From Candidatus Poribacteria bacterium (GTDB taxonomy: Bacteria; Poribacteria; WGA-4E; WGA-3G): DNA of 64,000 nucleotides. How positions within the stretch are numbered: position 1 is the first letter of the stretch; each line of letters starts with the position of its first letter. Made by a program: the position numbers and the translations under genes. Below the pieces are notes generated by a model. That model saw nothing but the letters and a program-made list of their open reading frames with translations, was not told the origin of the DNA and did not search any database. Shown piece by piece: positions 61,014 through 64,000 of this stretch. The stretch covers positions 1,760,001 through 1,824,000 of the forward strand of contig CAXXLX010000001.1 of NCBI GenBank assembly GCA_963665235.2. Reading direction: 5' to 3'.

Positions 61014-62003
61014 TTACTGTTTCAGAACTTCTTCACGGTGCCACGCCAAAGCATCTTGAGCAGGATAATGTTGTGTGTTTCTAGGTTGCCATATAAGCTT
61101 GTCACGTAATTCGGTTAACATCGAACTCGTTGGCCCTCGCTCGGACATGCAGGGTGAGACAATAATTTGGTATGTTTCACTTAAAGAAATTAATCCAGCG
61201 TCAAAAGCCCAGTGGTGCGATTTGCAGAGAGAAATTCCATTCCGGACATCGTCATTATATGAAACAGAAAACGGAATGATGTGAGCAGCATCAGTCAAGC
61301 TCTCTCCGCTCGATGCACGGACGTGTAATTCACAAACTGCACAGGTGTGTTTGTAGATTTCCATAATCCTCTTGCGGAAACCTGCACTCCGAATTGGAGT
61401 GCCTACTTGAATTGCCTCTGCTTTTTTATGAGATGAAAATGGGCGTCCGGCATCTTCTAGCAATGATTCGCTGTATTCTTCGATGTCCTTTTCAATCTCT
61501 TTTTCCGCGGTTCTTCGTTGTTCTTCAATTACCTTTTCAACTTCATACCTAATATTTGAAAAATAGTGGCTGATAATAGTTTCGCGGAATATTTCCCGAT
61601 ATTCAGGTATAGCTAGTAAAACACAAAGAGGATCATCTAGCTTAGCTGCAGCGTTAACACTAAGAAGTTGATTAGGTGAGGGGGTTGTCCCAGCAGATCT
61701 TGATTGCAGTTTTTGTGGCTTAAGAAACCAGAAACCCTTAGTTTTTAAATGAAAAAACGGATTATTAATACTGGGGTGCCGGTCCTCCGATTCATTTGAT
61801 TTATTGAAAACCTCAATCAGCTCTTCAAAAAAAGAAGATTTATTCTTGTAAATTTCACTAAAGGGAATATTATTTTCGTAGAGTTCACCGCTTTCAATCA
61901 TCTCAATGATTATTAACAAGAGAAACGGTCTGTGAGGGAACTGTCTTTTATCCTGCAAATTCTTAATCTTTTCGATATATTTTTGTAGGACACTGTTAAC
62001 CAT
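61014..62003 (-). CDS. SBD-HNH phosphorothioate-dependent restriction endonuclease-like protein
   Basis: PHRPFLLL...NPFFHL..GFW at the N-terminus; CAVC...AAHI...NGISLC..HH.AFD. Confidence 0.8.
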   Translation of the reverse strand: MVNSVLQKYIEKIKNLQDKRQFPHRPFLLLIIIEMIESGELYENNIPFSEIYKNKSSFFEELIEVFNKSNESEDRHPSINNPFFHLKTKGFWFLKPQKLQSRSAGTTPSPNQLLSVNAAAKLDDPLCVLLAIPEYREIFRETIISHYFSNIRYEVEKVIEEQRRTAEKEIEKDIEEYSESLLEDAGRPFSSHKKAEAIQVGTPIRSAGFRKRIMEIYKHTCAVCELHVRASSGESLTDAAHIIPFSVSYNDDVRNGISLCKSHHWAFDAGLISLSETYQIIVSPCMSERGPTSSMLTELRDKLIWQPRNTQHYPAQDALAWHREEVLKQ

Positions 62004-62041
62004 TTCTCTGTGAGACTCCTATAGTAAGTCCTCTTGTATTC

Positions 62042-62115
62042 TTTATGGCAAATCAAACACGGTTCCTCGTCATCCTCGTCGTGGACATCGTGAGGCTTTC
62101 TGTTTTGGTGATGCC
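62042..62115 (-). repeat. Degenerate copy of the sspD 3' end (relic C)
   Basis: Decodes to DVHDEDDEEPCLICHK; aligns with 55254-55310. Confidence 0.85.
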
Positions 62116-62159
62116 GCCCTTCTATTCTGAATAAATTTTAGCACAAATCTTGCTATTTA

Positions 62160-62188
62160 ATTGTACCATATTTCGACGCATTTATCAA
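62160..62188 (-). promoter_or_regulatory. Sigma70 promoter for the HNH gene at 61014-62003
   Basis: TTGATA-N17-TACAAT. Confidence 0.6.
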
Positions 62189-62402
62189 GTTAAAATCGCG
62201 TTTTTTACCTAACATAGATCTTCTATCTTCTCACACTTCTCTTCAAAAAGAGGGGTTTGAGACATATTCATCTTTTAACTTGACAGCTTAGCAAAAATGC
62301 ATTAGACTTAAGGACATGCAAACCGGTATCATACCAAATTAATTTCTGATGTTACCCCGAATGGGTTGCCTACGAGAAAAATATGTCTGAGGACACCACG
62401 CC

Positions 62403-63209
62403 ATGAAAAAACGAATTCTGCTTATTGTCTGCCTTGTGCTCCTATCTCTATTCAGTGCGGTTTTTCTTTACCGGTTTCGAACGGAAGAGGATGCGCGCGT
62501 CGGAAAAACACCGACAGCACAAGCTGAACCTTTTAGTCACGCACTATTTGAGCAGGTCTTGCAGGAATATGTGGATACCGATGGAAATGTGAATTATGCC
62601 GCGCTGAAGGCAAATCCGGATACACTAGAAGCGTATCTGGACAAATTAGCGGTTGCTGCACCAACAGAGATGTCGTATAACGCACAGATGGCATTTTGGA
62701 TTAACGCTTACAATGCACTCGTTATAAAAGGGGTTGTCGACCGGTACCCAACGACAAGTGTACGGAAACTCAAACCGCTGAGAGGGTTTTTCTCCCGGCT
62801 TAGGTTTCAGGTTGCAGGTAAAACCTATACACTCAATCAAATTGAGGATGATATTATCCGGATGGAGTTTGTTGATGCTCGCATTCATTTTGCACTTGTC
62901 TGCGCGTCACGGGGATGCCCACCTTTGGAAAAAAGGGCATTTTTGCCCGAAACAATTGAGACACAGCTGGATGACGTAACACTCAAATTTGTCACGAATC
63001 CAGCAAAGGTCCGGCTTGACCGCAGCGCGCGACGGGTGTCCCTCTCAAAAATTTTCGAATGGTACGCTGACGATTTTACGGAAGGTTATACCGGGGTGGC
63101 AGATTTTCTGTCGGATTACCTGTCCCCTGAAGATGCTGACTTCGTGTCGGCGGAGGATGTTTCATTTCACTACCTTGATTATGATTGGACACTGAACGAT
63201 AAACGTTAA
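62403..63209 (+). CDS. DUF547 domain protein
   Basis: AFWINAYNAL, DARIHFALVCASRGCP, SKIFEWY, YDWTLN. Confidence 0.9.
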   Translation: MKKRILLIVCLVLLSLFSAVFLYRFRTEEDARVGKTPTAQAEPFSHALFEQVLQEYVDTDGNVNYAALKANPDTLEAYLDKLAVAAPTEMSYNAQMAFWINAYNALVIKGVVDRYPTTSVRKLKPLRGFFSRLRFQVAGKTYTLNQIEDDIIRMEFVDARIHFALVCASRGCPPLEKRAFLPETIETQLDDVTLKFVTNPAKVRLDRSARRVSLSKIFEWYADDFTEGYTGVADFLSDYLSPEDADFVSAEDVSFHYLDYDWTLNDKR

Positions 63210-63221
63210 AGGAGTATATCT

Positions 63222-64000
63222 ATGATAAATACTGCTGTTATTGGATACGGATATGCAGGCCGAGCTTTTCACTCCTATCTTGTCGGATTGGCAGATGGGT
63301 TAAATCTTTACGCAATTGCTACACGGAATGCGGAACGCCGCAATGCCGCCCGCGAAGCATATCCAAACACACAGATATATAAAACGATTGGCGAGGTGGT
63401 GGCAGACGATGCAGTTGACCTGGTCGTGTTAGCTACGCCACACGATACGCACGCGGAACTGGCTATTCAAGCGATGGATGCGGGGAAACACCTCGTCACG
63501 GATAAAATCATGGCGATGAATGCTGTAGAGGCAGACGCGATGATTGCTGCCAGCGAACGAAATAACGTCATGCTGAGCGTGTTTCACAACCGCCGATGGG
63601 ATTGGGATTACCTGACAGTCAAAAAGGTTATCGCAGACGGTTTACTCGGCACCCCCTACCTGTTTCAGGTGGCGATTATGCGTTACGGGGCACCGGGCGG
63701 ATGGCGTGGTGTTAAAAGTCAAAGCGGCGGCATTCTCTACGATTGGCCCGCACACTTCGTCGATCAGGCGTTGCAATTCGGTACTGCCCCCGTCGAATCT
63801 GTTTTTTGCGATATTCACTACAACACAAAATGGGACACCGACATCGGCAACTATGGGAATCTGATTATTAAGTTCGCAGACGATGTGCGGTATCAAATTG
63901 AGATTAGCAATCTTTCTAAAGCGGAGAAACCGCGCTGGTATGTTGTCGGGGAATTGGGCGGATTAATCAAGTATGGACTCGACCCACAGGAGGGCCCGAT
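63222..64000 (+). CDS. Gfo/Idh/MocA oxidoreductase, 3' end runs off the window
   Basis: Manual translation MINTAVIGYGYAGRAFH...ATPHDTH...DKIMA...FHNRRWD; AAAGGAG RBS. Confidence 0.9.
   Translation, partial: MINTAVIGYGYAGRAFHSYLVGLADGLNLYAIATRNAERRNAAREAYPNTQIYKTIGEVVADDAVDLVVLATPHDTHAELAIQAMDAGKHLVTDKIMAMNAVEADAMIAASERNNVMLSVFHNRRWDWDYLTVKKVIADGLLGTPYLFQVAIMRYGAPGGWRGVKSQSGGILYDWPAHFVDQALQFGTAPVESVFCDIHYNTKWDTDIGNYGNLIIKFADDVRYQIEISNLSKAEKPRWYVVGELGGLIKYGLDPQEGP

Overview
Bacterial chromosome segment, most likely Candidatus Poribacteria or a similar sponge-symbiont lineage. This is inferred from LamG proteins ending in KL(S/T)xxWGALKAR, long TPR/WD40/ankyrin proteins, PQQ-type propellers, several PhyH dioxygenases and dense intergenic repeats. 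1-25.7 kb is mostly housekeeping and repeat-protein genes. It also holds an unannotated AhpD-like selenoprotein (CHYU plus a SECIS-like hairpin) and a non-coding IS200/IS605-derived element with a strong promoter and structured RNA. 26.0-31.3 kb is a tight six-gene operon around a TGT/DpdA-like transglycosylase, with AAA+, PIN and YaaA/DUF6884-like genes: a candidate non-canonical deazaguanine or base-exchange defence system. 38.6-62.2 kb is a defence island. It has an SspBCD-like phosphorothioate module (sspC carries one in-frame TGA) running into a PLD-helicase, a CxC/DndD-like SMC ATPase, a nuclease and a DGQHR gene. It also has two SBD-type HNH nucleases, an IS630-split OLD-family nuclease and a GHKL/GIY-YIG pair. 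Three effector units are each preceded by a sigma70 promoter plus a degenerate copy of the sspD 3' end, suggesting repeated cassette-like capture of effectors. All family assignments are from motif recognition by eye; no searches were run.
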